A DNA stretch of 64,000 nucleotides, from NCBI GenBank assembly GCA_030264375.1, contig JASCQW010000130.1:19204242-19268241 (forward strand). The letters run 5' to 3'. Positions 14,031 through 27,175 of this stretch are shown here, one piece after another; within the stretch, counting starts at the first letter, position 1; every line of letters starts with the position of its first letter. Under the pieces are notes generated by a model, which saw nothing but the letters and a program-made list of their open reading frames with translations, made no database searches and was not told the origin of the DNA. The DNA is from Carcharhinus longimanus. Its lineage: Eukaryota. The translations under genes and the position numbers were made by a program.

Positions 14031-14649
14031 ATTTGCAAAAGCATTGTTCATATTAAATGTCTGTCAAGCATATCTAATCTGTTCAATTAATAACACTCTA
14101 CACTTAATTGCTTATTACTTCAAATGATCTAATTTAAAATTTGTTAAACCAAATTTCCATCTCCTTGTGTTGGTTTAATTCATTTTTGTTTGAAAATTTT
14201 AGGAATTATGTAAAATTGCCTGTAGACTGCTTATATTTAGCAGATCATAGATTTGCTAAAATACATATGAATAGTACATTCTGAGAGTCGTGAAGGAACA
14301 AATTAAGAAAATGAAGCAACACGTGAGTGTTGAAATTTGAATAATTTCTTGAAGACTTGATTTTTCTGAGACCTTCAACCAGATATAAATCTAAAAATGC
14401 AATTTGTAACTTGAAAGTTAATCATATGCCTCTGGCTTGGATGGCTTGAGAAACTTATAATTCCAATCTCATTTTGCTGGCGTTGGTAAACTCTGCCCTG
14501 ATTGTGTGACCAACAGTTGCTTGGTCTATTACAAGATGAGATGAAAACTTAACATCTTATCAATCTGTGGTGTTGCAAAGGATGCAGCCACTTGCTTATT
14601 TGGGATATTTGTGTTTGTTTCTTTCTGGCTCTCCTCTCCTTTTCTGGTT

Positions 14650-15020
14650 TTGCTCCATATGACTTCAGAGTCAGAAGAATGGAGAGTTTGAATAGGAGTG
14701 GTGAGTGAGCTGTTGATTGATGCACTGCAGAAGGATTGAGATGGATTATACTGAGTGCCCAGGTCGCTGTATGTCAGCACGGAAAGTAGAATTCTGAGTG
14801 AACAATGGTGGATGAGGGCTACCAGGAATGTTAGATGAAGAGGTGGCAAGAGCATATTTGAGGATTTCAATAATGAATGGGTGAGATAGGAATGGCAGCT
14901 GATGTTGTGATGGAAGTGTAAGTTGGCCTTTATGATGGAAAGAAAATGGAAATGCAAACTTAGATCAGGATTAAAAAAGATGTGAAGGGTGGGAGAAGTC
15001 TTGTTCAGCCTAGGACAACC
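14650..15020 (-). mobile_element. Decayed L2-type LINE fragment
   Basis: Purine-rich + strand; the minus-strand translation is Ser/Leu/His/Pro-rich like L2 ORF2 and resembles 24620-25440. Confidence 0.5.
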
Positions 15021-15349
15021 CAGAAAAGAGGCTGAATTTCTCCACATCCCTTCCCTTTTTTCCCTCCTCTCAAGTTGTTTTTGATATTGATTAATTTAGA
15101 ATCAAANNNNNNNNNNNNNNNNNNNNNNNNNNNNNNNNNNNNNNNNNNNNNNNNNNNNNNNNNNNNNNNNNNNNNNNNNNNNNNNNNNNNNNNNNNNNNN
15201 NNNAGGCAACAGTGCTAACCACTGTGCCACCAGATTTGCATAGAATCAGGAACTTATCAACCAGCGATATATATCATGTTTTGGGCTGTTACTTAATTCA
15301 TTGCACTCTTGATTATGTTTTTAAGACAATGATCTTTGTTTTAATGCAG

Positions 15350-15420
15350 AAGAGTTGAGGAAGTTCAGCTGGTCTGGAATCCCAAGACAGGTTCGACCAA
15401 TTACTTGGAAACTTCTTTCA
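15350..15420 (+). CDS. TBC1D22A: TBC1 domain family member 22A (Rab GAP), internal exon, 71 nt, phase 1 to 0: (E)ELRKFSWSGIPRQVRPITWKLLS
   Basis: Acceptor tttgttttaatgcag| and donor |gtaagt. The translation matches the start of the TBC domain (human A recalled as EELRRLSWSGIPKPVRPMTWKLLS). SWSGIP and WKLLS favour paralog A over B. Confidence 0.93.
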
Positions 15421-16439
15421 GTAAGTGTATTTTCTTAATATCTAAGAGGTTGATCTAAAAGTAAGCACATTCAAGGAAAATGAATTGTCTATGATTTTTA
15501 ATTCTGAATCAAATTCTTTCTGCACACCATCCTTATAGTTTGTTTAAGATTCAAAGCTAATTTTTTTTGTGCAATACTGGCGATGCCTGTTCATGTCAGC
15601 TTGTGTTTAATTTCAGCTCAAAACTGGTGAGTTGAAATTCTCTTTTTGTTTAAAGTTAAATATAGGACAGTTGAAATTATCCAGACTTGCCACACTCATT
15701 ATCAAACATAGCGATCCGGGGCGGGGGGGAGGGAGGGAGCAGAAAGAGGAGTTGGGGAGGGGATGCATTAATATTGGACTTTCAAACTAAGCCGACCTTC
15801 TGTGGAAAGTGTTCTGTTTGAGCCAGACTTGACTCCAGAATATTTATATTGCCCAGACAGAGTGCTAACAGGACTTGGGGACCAGTTTTTCTGAACCTTG
15901 CAAACCAACCTTGATTAAGGTAAATGAGCAATATGAAGTTAATCAATGTAAACTGGTTAGGCTCTGTGGTTTTAGATGATTCAGCTCCGACAGCACCTTT
16001 GTACGTGCGAGAGGATTTGCATTTGGCATGTTGTAGCCTCACTTCACGCTCTATATATGAAACAAAAATACTGAGCAGAATCCTCCGGTCCCATCTGTGG
16101 CGGAAAATTTTGGCCACAATTTTTGATGTTTTTTTTTCGGTGGCTTGGTATCAAGTCTATTAAAAATGTTTTTTTTTACCTTAGCCAGGTAACAAACATG
16201 CGAATCGGATATGACACTATGGCACACAAATGCCCTCAGCTTGTCACTTAATTGGCAGCTTTGTCCTGTGAGTGCAACAGGGATCGTCCAGGAATTAAAA
16301 AATGTCATACGAGGAGATATTTTTGAGGTTAACGTGTTATTCCTTCCTGCAAGAGCTTAATTGGGTGCCTGAAATGCAACATACTCCATTTCTCAACAGT
16401 GACAGTCCAGAGTGATTATATTCTAGATTTCTTAGGACT

Positions 16440-16890
16440 GATTTGATTTATTATTGTCATATGTATTGAGATGAAGTGAACAGTATTGTTTCTTCCACGC
16501 TATACAGATAAAACATACTGTGCAGAATATAGTGTTGCAGTTACAGATAGGGTGAAGAAAAAGATCAATTTAGTATATGGTAGGTCCATTCAAAAGTCTG
16601 ATGGCAGCAGGGAAGAAGTTGTTCTTGAGTTGGCTGGTATTTGTTCTGTCTTTTGTATCTTTTTGCTGATGGAAGAAGGTAGAAAGGTGTGTGGGGTCCT
16701 TGCTTATGTTGGTTGATTTTCCAGGGTGGTGTGAATTGTAGATGGAGCCATTGGGTGTGAGGTTGGTTTGTGTGATGGACTGGGCTATGTTCACAACCCT
16801 TTGTAATTTCTTGCGATCTTGGGCAGAGCAGGAGCCACACCAAGCTGTGATAGATCCAGAAAGGATGCTTTCTGTGGTGTATCTGTAAAA
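16440..16890 (-). mobile_element. Rex1/Babar-clade LINE, 3' end
   Basis: ORF 16570..16923 encodes FYRYTTESILSGSITAW...LQRVVNIAQSIT...NNFFPAAIRLLN. Tail aataaatcaaat. Confidence 0.88.
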
Positions 16891-17199
16891 ATATGTAAAT
16901 AGGTCAGGAAGAGAATTATCCATTTAAAATCAAAGTTGATCTACACTTCACCCAGGTTTTAAACTTTACAGTGCAGGTGCCATTATTTTGTTGTTGGATT
17001 GTTGATGAAGAACAAAGTTTTGAAATTTGGCTTTTAGAAAACTCAACATTGGGTAACTGCTTTCTTTTAAGATCTTAAACTTTTTGCATTGATTCTATCA
17101 GGTTTTTGACATTTGGACACCTGCAATTTTTCTGGAATTTGCCACATATGTTGAGCAATCTTAATTTGATTTATTCAAGGTACTATCTGCATTTCCTTA

Positions 17200-18475
17200 A
17201 ACAGCTGTCATATCTCTTTTCCATTGCAAACTGCTTTCCTGTTTCCAACCTCCTTTACTCACCAAACTTTATGAATATGCTATCACCACCAAAATCTATG
17301 CCCATCTTCCCTGAACTTCATCTTTGAATGCCTCTAATCTGGTTTCCATCTTGTTGACAAAGGTAGACTATTCTCCTTCGTTCTTATCAACCTGTGATGA
17401 GATTGGGAACAGTATGCTCCTTAATTATAGCACCATGGTTGAGGCTGCTGATTCCATTGTATCCAATCATGTTTAATCTGCAATGGCTTCTCTTTCCACT
17501 CGCACAACATTGCCTCTGACATGTCTCAAGAATTTATCCTTGATCCTTTCTTATCTCTCATCGATATGTTGCTCCACAATGGCAACATCTGAAAACACAA
17601 CATTAGGTTTCACATGTACACTCATGATGCCCAGCTCTACCTCAGTCTCCTCTCCTCAAGTGCTCCATTTGTGCTTGTCTGACATTCAGTATTGAATGAA
17701 CAGAAATTTCTTCTCATGAAATGTAATTGTCTTCTATATTCTGTATCTGAGGACTTCATCTCCCTTCCTTGCAACTACACAAGGCTGAGTCAGACTGTTT
17801 GCCACCTTACTTTTATGTTTGACCATGATGTGAGCTTCTTGACAAAATATCCACGCCATCAACAAGACCATCTACATCCACCTCCATGACCATATCCAAC
17901 TTGTCCACTACCTAAACGCATTTACTTCCATGCCTTTGTTGCCCCTCAACTTGACTACTTGGAGGCACACTCAGCTGGCTTTTCATGTTCTATCTGCCCT
18001 AAGGTTGAGGTCATCAAAATCACTCCTTGCACCGAGTCTTGTTTGCCAATGAAACCTGTACTTGCTGACCTACATTGGTATCTGTTTAAACAAAACTCTC
18101 ACCCTTGCTTTCAAATTCCTCAATGACTTAAACCTCCCAGTCTCTAATTTCCTCCTTCCTCACAATCTGTGATATCTGTATTCCTCTAATTCTGGCCACT
18201 TGGACATTCCCAGTTCTAATTTGCTCCACCATTGATGGTTGTGCCTTCAGCTTTCATGGTCCTAAGGTCTGGAACTGCCTCCTTAAACCTCTGCAACGCT
18301 ATACACCACTTGCTTTGAGATGCTCCTTGATACCTATCTCTTTGACCAAAGATTTGGTATCCTGCCTTAATATTACTCTAGTTGGCTCTGTTTCAAATAT
18401 TGTGTTCTAATTTTCCTGTGAAGTACCTGGGAACATTTTATTACTTTGAAGGTTCTGTCTAATTATAAGTAGTTT
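17200..18475 (+). mobile_element. Decayed L2 LINE (RT C-terminal part and 3' UTR)
   Basis: Remnants of the FHMYxDDxQLY, AFVxxxLDY, VLADLHW and AFSxxGPxxWN motifs, and an L2-type tail tgtgaagtacctgggaacatttt. Confidence 0.8.
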
Positions 18476-18654
18476 CAGCATCACTGCTGTAACACAGTGA
18501 CACTTGCTGCTGCACATTTCTGCCAGTATAGCTTTCATAAATTCAAGTTGCACATCTTTATAGCCATCTCTACAACAGTGCGATTCAGATGGTCTCAGAC
18601 TCAGGTCACAGATAACACTGTTAAATAAAAGCAAAATACTGTGGATGCTGGAGA

Positions 18655-18933
18655 TCATAGAATCCTACAGTGCAGAAGGAGGCCATTCAGCCCATCGGGT
18701 CTGCACCAACCACAATCGCCCTATTTCCATAATGCCATGCATTTACCCCTGACACTAAGAGGCAGTTTAGCATAACCAATCCACACATCTCTGGAGTATG
18801 GGAGGAAACCAGAGCACCTAGAGAAAACCCATGCAGACACGGGGAGAATGTGCAAACTCCACACAGACCATGACCCAAGCCAGGAATTGAACCTGGGTCC
18901 CTGGTCCTGTGAGGCAGCAGTGCCACCATGCTG
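18655..18933 (-). mobile_element. HE1-type V-SINE inserted in a Penelope-like fragment (18620-18654 and 18940-19025)
   Basis: Head, V-domain and CR1-type tail are all present (catagaatcctacagtgcagaaggaggcc on the + strand). The flanks reassemble into aaatactgtggatgctgga...gcagcatttgtggagagagaaa. Confidence 0.88.
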
Positions 18934-19829
18934 CCTGCAAGACCTAAAATTAAAACCAAGTGCTGGAAAACTCCACAGGCCTGGCAGCATTTGTGGAGAG
19001 AGAAATGGAGTTAACATTTTGATACGCCTCTTCTTTGAAGTGCAATGTAGTGGTAATATTCTTAACTTCCTTTATCATTAACAACAAATTAGGATCACTT
19101 ATTCACCATTTTGTTAAATTTTTAATATTAAAAATTGCTCTAACTCTGTTGGGTAATATTAAGGGAAATCACTTTGAACCATCAGGTAAGCCTAATCAAT
19201 GTAAATTGGTGTGAATTTTCAGCCAATTAGCAAGCCATGGATTGTGTAGAATAATGCAAGCTTTCTCATTTGATCAGGTAGCAATTCTTTCCAATCCCAT
19301 GGCAGAAGTAAGTTTCATGTCTCGGCAATCCTTTCCTTTTTCCCATTTGATTTATTCTGCTTTTTATCCCCTGGACATTTTAGCCATCTGGTATCTAGTT
19401 GTGTCTTAATAAAACAGGCAAGATAAAGAATATATGAATATGCGTATTTGTTTTGCCTCACCATTTCTATGATCGCAAGTCCCACTACCCAACAGGTAGG
19501 TTTTTATTTAATTTGTGTGAAATTGCAAAACCTGAAATAAAATGTTATTTGGTGACCTGGGGGGTTGGGTGGGAGTTGAGGTCTGCTGGGATTCTGTTTT
19601 AGAGAGTCCTTGAAGTTTGTTTAGACGTTTACAAGTTAGGTTTTTAAGCTTCATTATTTGAAACAGATTATGTTGCTGAATCCAGAAACATAATGTTGAA
19701 TGGAGTAATGAGAACCAAATTAAAAAGCTCTCCAAGTATCCAAATGGAAAATCTGTATGTTGTTTGAAGTAGCTGATAGTATTGATGTAACACAAGGATT
19801 TCAGAGGTTCTCCAACATTTCTTGTGATG

Positions 19830-20420
19830 TGCAATGTTGTTTTCCATGTGATACTTTTGCCAGTCACCTTAAATATATATTCTATGGTTATTAACTCCCC
19901 TGTCCATGGTCACAGTTCTTCGCTGTATACTATGTTTAGACTCCTCATAATTTTGAACACCTCTGTCAAATCTGCTTTCAATCTTTTCGAAGGAGAACAA
20001 GCCTAGCTTCTTCAGTCAATTCAAAGAAATGAACCCTTCATCTCTGGAATCAGTCTCGCCATTCCTTTCTGGATCTTTTCCAAACCTTTCTCATTCTTCC
20101 TGAAGTGCGGTGGCTGTAATTGGACAGAACACTCAAGTGGAAGCTGCACCAGTGTTTCATTCAGGCCAATCAACTAACTTCGCTGCTTTGGCGCTCTGTA
20201 CATCTGCCGATTAAAACCCTGGATCCCCATATGCCTTTTGACCACTTTCTCATCCTGCCCTGCTTATTCTAATTATTTATGCACGTGTACCTCCCAGATC
20301 TTTCTGCTCCAGCACTCACTGTAGAATTTTAGACTTTATTGTCTCTCATTCTTCTTGCCAAAAATCTTCACTTTTCTCTGCATTAGCTTCATTTGCCATG
20401 GTCACCCAATTGTTCTGCAA
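19830..20420 (-). mobile_element. Decayed CR1 LINE, RT C-terminal part
   Basis: Reverse complement gives PLECSVQL..PHFRK, LGLFS and DLTEVFKIM remnants. Confidence 0.75.
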
Positions 20421-20439
20421 TTTTAACACCTACATTTTT

Positions 20440-20535
20440 CGGTTCTGATGAAAGCTTATGCCTGAAGTATTATTCTCTCCAGACATTCTTTTGTGTGCAG
20501 TCCAGCATTTTGTTTTCATTTCAGATTTCCATTAC
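20440..20535 (+). mobile_element. Penelope-like terminal repeat fragment with degenerate hammerhead core
   Basis: ttctgatgaaag...cctgaag...ccagcattttgttttcatttcagatttcca is the reverse-orientation relative of 18620-19025. Confidence 0.55.
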
Positions 20536-22514
20536 TTTGAATTTGTTTTTTTCCATAAATGTTGGATAGCTTTCTCTGGTGCTTTTGTCCTCGCACTTTG
20601 TCCATTCCCAGTAACCTACTAGTCTTTCTCATTGCCACAATGACTGAGGAAGGTTTGGAGGCATGGGTATGCAGGAGTGCATGTACTCAGCTTTTCTATT
20701 TGGATTCAGTTGTAAAGTCTAGAGTTAAACCAACTTCTAATTAAATTGCATTTGAGTGAAAGTATTTTTGTAAACAGATAACTTCATCAGGGGCTAATTT
20801 TGAAATCATATTTGAACTAATGAGGTAAACATTATTGAGCTTTCCTGTAACAGTACATATAATTTGTGCAATATATATTTTATATCTATTATATATATCC
20901 TGATGAATGAGCAAGTTTTTCTAAGCTTTGCACACTTTTTGCTGTCGTTCAATCACTGAATGGGTTGCAAAGCTGTTTAGGACATGGTATTTGATTTTTA
21001 AAATATATGGGGAGCAAATGCAGATACAAAAGCTTACCTAGATGCCATTGAAAGGCACCTTCAAGATGTGGATGTGAAAACATCTTACATTTGAAGAGCA
21101 TACTAGATGAATGCTCCATGTGCAGTGCCTTTCAAAGTTTCCTGCCTGCTTCATTTGAATGATGAATTCCACTAATATATCATGATGTATTGCAGTTTAT
21201 GTAGGTGCAGCTGTGAATTTCGATGCAGTAATTAAGAAGCACCTTATAACTTTGGTGTTTGAGAGCTGTGATAAAGGAAGACAGGTGGGTCTCGGGTGTC
21301 ATCTGTCAAAGTTGGAATCTGCCTTATCAAAGGAAGCGACAGTGTGCTGATAAATAATCATGTCAGATCCTAATTGGTAAAAGGACTAGGGGAGTTTTTA
21401 ATTTTTTCCAAACTCTCAATTGAACGAGGCAATTCAGAAGCCACATTAAAAGTTTGATAGGGCACTTTCACCTTCATTCATTATCTCATATGTAGTTGTC
21501 AGCTGTACTTTAAAATTTTGAACTTGATTCTCATTGATGGAAATTGGAACATTTATTCAAAAATTTCAGAATTGGATTACTTAATCACAAATAATTACTT
21601 CAGGGTAACTGGTAAGCCTGTTAACTCTACACTTAATATAACTGATGATATTTCTTCTGAAATGCACATACTTTCTTTGCTGCAATTTGGATAATTGGAT
21701 GCCATATCATTTTTGCCTGGCATTTTGAAAACAAAAAGGATCCTGATAAATCTGTCCCATACTGATGTTTACTATTGAGTGCCTGAATGAGCATTTGAAC
21801 AATTTTGTGTTAATGGACAAATTGAACCCCTCTTATCGTTAAATGTACAACATTTTGTGGTATTTAGTCATTCAGTTCAATTGGTGTTTCAGTTTCAATC
21901 CTTGATTTGTGCCATGTTGATAAACTGCTGGGAAAGTTAATCTGAGTGTAGCTGGAAGGGGAAGATGAAGCGGTCATCTTCGGTGGATACTTATCTGGCC
22001 ATCTGACGAACTCTGCTAGAAATTGTAATTGTAGCTGATATCGTATATGGACAGAATTTCACTTGTACGTGTGCATGCATGAAGCTGAGAAACGCAAGTG
22101 CCTGCCAACAGGAGAGAAGCCAGCTAAGAATTTAAGGACACTTGAAGTAGATTACAAAAATCATGTTTATTGGATCTTTCTTTGTGCACATTTGACTGAA
22201 TCTGCTGGCTGCTGATGCTAATAATTACCTGCTGCAGAAAGTTTTGGTGTCTGATGGAATGCTTGTTTTTTTTCTGGAATTCTATCTCAGTGGAGAAGGA
22301 AGTTATCTACGGCTCTTCAAAATTCATAGGTGGTAAAATGCAAATGGATATTTAAATTGGCCTGTGGGTGTGTCAGCAATATATGAATATGCAATTACTG
22401 TGCTTCAGACAAGACTTCAGATTAAAATGATTTAAAAAAATCCAGAACTGGATGTGCTCGGAAGACTGATGTGAAGTTAATTATTTCATTTTAAATTGAG
22501 AAGCTAAGATGAAT

Positions 22515-22684
22515 GCCCAAGATGTGCAGGTTAGGTTGATTGGCCATGCTAAATTGCCCCTTAGTGTCAGAGATATTAGCCGGGTAAATATGTGGGGTTA
22601 CGGGGATACAGCCTGGTTGGGATTGTTGTCAGCGCGGGCTTGATGGGCCAAATGGCCTCCTGCATTATAGGGATTCTATGAATC
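22515..22684 (+). mobile_element. 5'-truncated HE1-type SINE
   Basis: ggttaggttgattggccatgctaaattgccccttagtgtc...gggattctatga. Confidence 0.85.
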
Positions 22685-24434
22685 ACCAAGGAACATATTA
22701 CAAGGCACCACCAAAAGAAACAAATCACAAAAGAGAATAAGGTAAGTCAGAAGTGTTGCTTAATTAAGATCAGGGTTGGACTTTAAATGCCTCAAAATTT
22801 TAAGAGAAGCCAAAGATTGAGAGTGATAAGAAATTCCACAAATTTAAGTTCTTGGAGAAGTATCTTGAGGATAGTTATTGAAAATTAATTCCAAATAGTG
22901 GAATTCTGAAGAAGTGAGTTATGTCAGATAATGAGTTTAAATGGAGCAAAAGGACAATTCAGAGAAATATTGATCATAGTATTGATGGAGTAGTAAAAAA
23001 AAACACAAATTGTGCCAGAGTGGAAAATATTGAAAGTTTGAGTAAGAGAGAGATCTGCTGAGATAACAGGTTTCTTCTTGTGTCCTCCCAAGAAATGCAA
23101 GAGGGTCATTATGACCTTGATATATGGCAGCAAAATTCAAACCTGAGTTAGGTAAAGGTATTGTAGAGATGTAACAATTTTGCAGAGGCGAATATGCTTT
23201 TACAGAGCAGCAAAAATAGCTTGAATNNNNNNNNAAGTCTAAAAGGCAATTTTGCTAATGGAAAAGATGAGCTTCGGTGCCATCTTCCTTTTTGTCGTGG
23301 GCCTGGAGGCCAGACTGGATAAGGATGACAGGTTTCCTTCCCAAGTGAAGCAGATTGTTTTATAATGACAATCCTGTAATTTCATGATCACATGGTGCTG
23401 CAACACAAAGGCTATTTGTCAAAGGGCTTCACTTCAGTAAGGTTTCTTTATTTTCATGGTTGGCATCATGTTTGAATCTAAGACACCAGATTGAAAAAAA
23501 TCAACATGCATATTGCTATTCATTTTTAAATTGATGTTACCTGTGATATATAAAAGCTAGAACTTGATAAAGGTGGCAAAAGTGGATTTAACATTCCGAA
23601 TTGGTTAATCATCTCTAGAAGCAATAATATGTTAAGTGACTGGGAGTGGAAACTAATCACACAACCCCAGTGCTTAAGACACTGGGGGGAAAAAACTTTG
23701 CATTTCTGCAGAAAGGTTTTGCAAGATCTCGAACCAAATTTTGTGCAGAAGATATTCTACCTCATCAACAAGAAGAGTTTGCATTTGTATATTGGTCTGA
23801 ATTTTACATTTAGCAGTAATTGAATGGCTAATTCTATTCATTACGCTTACGATGGCTCTCAGAATTTTGAGCGACAACTGAAAGCCATTTGGTGTCTGCA
23901 GCTGCACACCACCCACGCCTGACTATTTGGGATTTACGAGAACAGGGCAAGCAACAGTGTGTCACCTTAACCAACTCAACTGAAGAATCTCCATGCAGAC
24001 ATGCAGTGCGTGTTGTATATACGCTAGAACATTTAATTCCATGTGAAATTCACATACAGAAAATGAAATGGAGGGAAAGAAATAACGGATTGAGCGGTGA
24101 GACAAAAGAGTGGAAAGTTTAATTTTGGGAACCTCCAACAATAAGTAGAATCTGAGAGAATGAGACTCTACCTTTGTGTAAAAAAAGATATAATTTCAGT
24201 ACCAATGAGGTTGCTTGGAAGAAATTAAGTCTTAATACACCATTAAAAAAATCACTTTGAATTGAATGGACAAGCTCTTTTATTTCCTGGTAAGTTTAGT
24301 GAATAACCAATGGGAAAGTACAGTAACTTTACATCCTTAAATTGATTTCAGTGCTTGCTCCAGGGCATAGTACCAGTAAAGCACGACTTGTGCAGGAACA
24401 CACAAATTGGACAGCAACATTTGGTTTCTATGTT

Positions 24435-25900
24435 TTAGAATAACTTATTTTTATATAGTGCCTTTTAACATCATGAAATCCAAGGGGTTTCACATAGGAT
24501 TATTAAACAAAGCATAACACTGGGCTACATGAGGAGATGTTCAATCAGATAACCAAGAGCTTGCATATATTTTCCTGGATATGATTTGATAGCTAAGAGT
24601 GGAACCTGGTGAGAGTTCTCCCAAAAGTTAGATGGTGATGGAGAGGTGTTTGAGGAGAGATGGTGAGGTCAAACATGTTTTAAAGTTATGGACAGGTCAA
24701 GAAGGATGAGGAGGGAAAATTTACTGATAGCATGCAATTTGTGACTTGGATAAGAAGAGTTTCTATATTGTGGCAAGGTCCGAATCCTCATTGGAGGAAT
24801 TCAAACATGAAATTCTGGGTAATGTGGGAGCAAATTTGGGAAGTGACAACATGTTTAAGGACTTTGAGAGGAAAGGGAGATGGAGATGTGATATTAGTTT
24901 GCCAGGAGGATGCATTTTTCTCTGAGGATTGTGGTGATGATGGCAGTTTTGAAGAAATGAGGGAAACAGCTGAAGAGAGAGAATCATTTACAGTGTTGAG
25001 CCAGGAAGGGAAGTTAGGGGGTCAGCAGTTTAGTGGGAATAGAACTGAGCAAACATGAGGGGTCTCATTTACAAGATGAGCTCAGAGTACTTGATGGGAG
25101 GTAGGACAGAAATTAGAAGATTGTGATTTCAGGACAGCGGCAGAAGAGAGTATAATGGAGATTTGGTTTGGTGGACTCCGAGAAAGGAGGGATGTGGCAC
25201 AGGCAGCTGCTCAGACTGTTTTGATTTTTGGACAAAGAAGTCCTTGAGTTCTTTAATGGTAGCGATGGAGGAGACAGAAAGGAGTTGAATAAGATGGTTT
25301 GCAGTGGAGGAAAGAAGATGGAGGTTATCTTTGCATTCCAAGATGATTCTGGAATAGTGAAGCATTTTAGCAGGGAAGACCAGGACTCTGATACTGTTTT
25401 GAGGAAGCTTGATGAATTGCTGCAGTGCATCTCACACTGCTGCCACCATGTGTCAGTGGTTGAGAATGAAAACTATGGTTGATGGATGGGATGCCAATCA
25501 GATGAGCTGTTTTAGCTTGGATGGTGTTGAGTTTGAGTGATGTTGGAACTACAATGTAAAGTTGCTTTACATTGTAATAACCTCTATGGCCTGACCAAGG
25601 CTGGTCGCCTCAACATTATTCTTAACACAATACCTTGGCTGTTGTCTTTCATATAAAGAAACATCCCAAGATGTAATGAAATGTCGCAAAGAGAGCAATT
25701 AGGAATCTCTGAACTGTGGTTGATAATCTGGCCATTAAATAAGCCTTGGAAGATGGGGTGACAAATGGCGTAGCAGAAAGTTTCAGTGGAAAATTTGAAT
25801 GAGGCAACTCCTAGTTTACAAGAATCAGTGAAGGCAAGGTATGTGCGGAATATTGGATTTGGAGGAACCAAGTTTTTGAGGGGAAGGTTAGGCTGGAGAA
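24435..25900 (-). mobile_element. Cluster of L2 and other LINE fragments
   Basis: L2 3' tail in reverse (ttatatagtgccttttaacat...cacatagg), purine-rich internal pieces, and a second LINE piece at about 25440-25550. Confidence 0.65.
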
Positions 25901-26633
25901 GGTGACATTAATTAGTTAGACCTTCCATTAGGAGAACAAGGGACGTTTGTTGACGATTGTTTTTACCTCTCTGCCTATGGGCGCTGATTGCTTCAATATT
26001 TGAGAAGTTGTGAAAGACCTTTATGTTGCTTGGGCTGATGAGTGACTTTTGTGTCACANNNNNNNNNNNNNNNNNNNNNNNNNNNNNNNNNNNNNNNNNN
26101 NNNNNNNNNNNNNNNNNNNNNNNNNNNNNNNNNNNNNNNNNNNNGAAAGAATTAAAACAAAACACGGGGCAAGGATTTGGAGGGACTTAGAGATAAATTT
26201 GATGTTTTGAAGGAAGGGAGCTCATGTTGATCAACGATGGGTGGGTGGCGTTAGGGCTTTGGGGGAGCTAACTTGTCTGCAAGCAGAAAGATAGTAATGG
26301 AACTCAACAAAGACAGTTACCTGCAGCAATGTCACAGAATGGAGAAATATTTTGAATCCACCACAGTTAATGTGCAAGCTACCATTCTCCCTGTTTTGGG
26401 CAGGAGGCTGGAGAATACAAAGGACTGTTGTTTTGAAACTGAGCCAGTCTGTTTTATTTAAGGGGATCTTGTGAACTTTTAAGGTTAAAATGTCTTGATC
26501 TGTTGGTTCTCCTTTCATGCTTTCCAAATGTTCATATATTTGGATCAAATTAATTTCTTGAACCTCAAAACAGTTAGATTGTGCAACCTGAAGTTCAGTT
26601 GATGTAAATGCACTCGTTCTGTTTTATTTCCAG

Positions 26634-26762
26634 GGTTACTTACCTGCCAATGCTGAAAGAAGAGAAAGCACACTACAGCGGAAACGAGCAGAGTACTTTG
26701 CTTTTATTGAACAATACTATGACTCTAGAAATGATGAACATCATCAAGACACATACAGACAG
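26634..26762 (+). CDS. TBC1D22A: TBC1D22A internal exon, 129 nt, phase 0 to 0: GYLPANAERRESTLQRKRAEYFAFIEQYYDSRNDEHHQDTYRQ
   Basis: Acceptor gttttatttccag| and donor |gtattt. It continues in frame from the previous exon (WKLLS|GYLPAN) and matches TBC1D22 family sequence. Confidence 0.95.
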
Positions 26763-26939
26763 GTATTTGGACTGAAATCTTTCCTGTACTGGCTTTGTTA
26801 CATCTCTTCCTATTGAAATATGCACCTTGTGTGTGAAGTTGAAGTCTCCACTTTTTTCATCATAAGGCCTCTGGAGTTAAAAGTTCTTGCTGTGGCAGAT
26901 GAATGTGCTAACTCATCAACAGCTTGCAATTATGCAATG

Positions 26940-27175
26940 CCTTCAATATAGGTAACATTGGTAAATTGGGAGCCAGTACTTGTCAGTGAGCCCAGCAATG
27001 ATGGGTGAACAAGACTTGGTACAGGTTTGGATATAAGCAGCTGTGTTTCGGATGAGCTCAGGATGATGAATTGGGAGGCCAGCTACGATGGTATAAATAG
27101 ACAGCCTTTGTGATTTAAGGGTATGGATTTGAAAGCTCAAGGCTAAGATTGTGAACAGTCTGCAGCAACCTGAGC
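26940..27175 (-). mobile_element. L2 LINE fragment between the TBC1D22A exon and the MIPEP exon
   Basis: ORF 26943..27140 encodes IRNTAAYIQTCTKSCSPIIAGLTDKYWLPI, matching the L2 motif QNxAAxxLxxT...ITPxLxxLHWLP. Confidence 0.75.

Noticed and set aside
20445-20470. Hammerhead ribozyme core (CTGATGA...GAA) in a Penelope-like terminal repeat
   Set aside because: The conserved GAAA reads GAAG and the flanking stems are eroded, so it is most likely a dead remnant.
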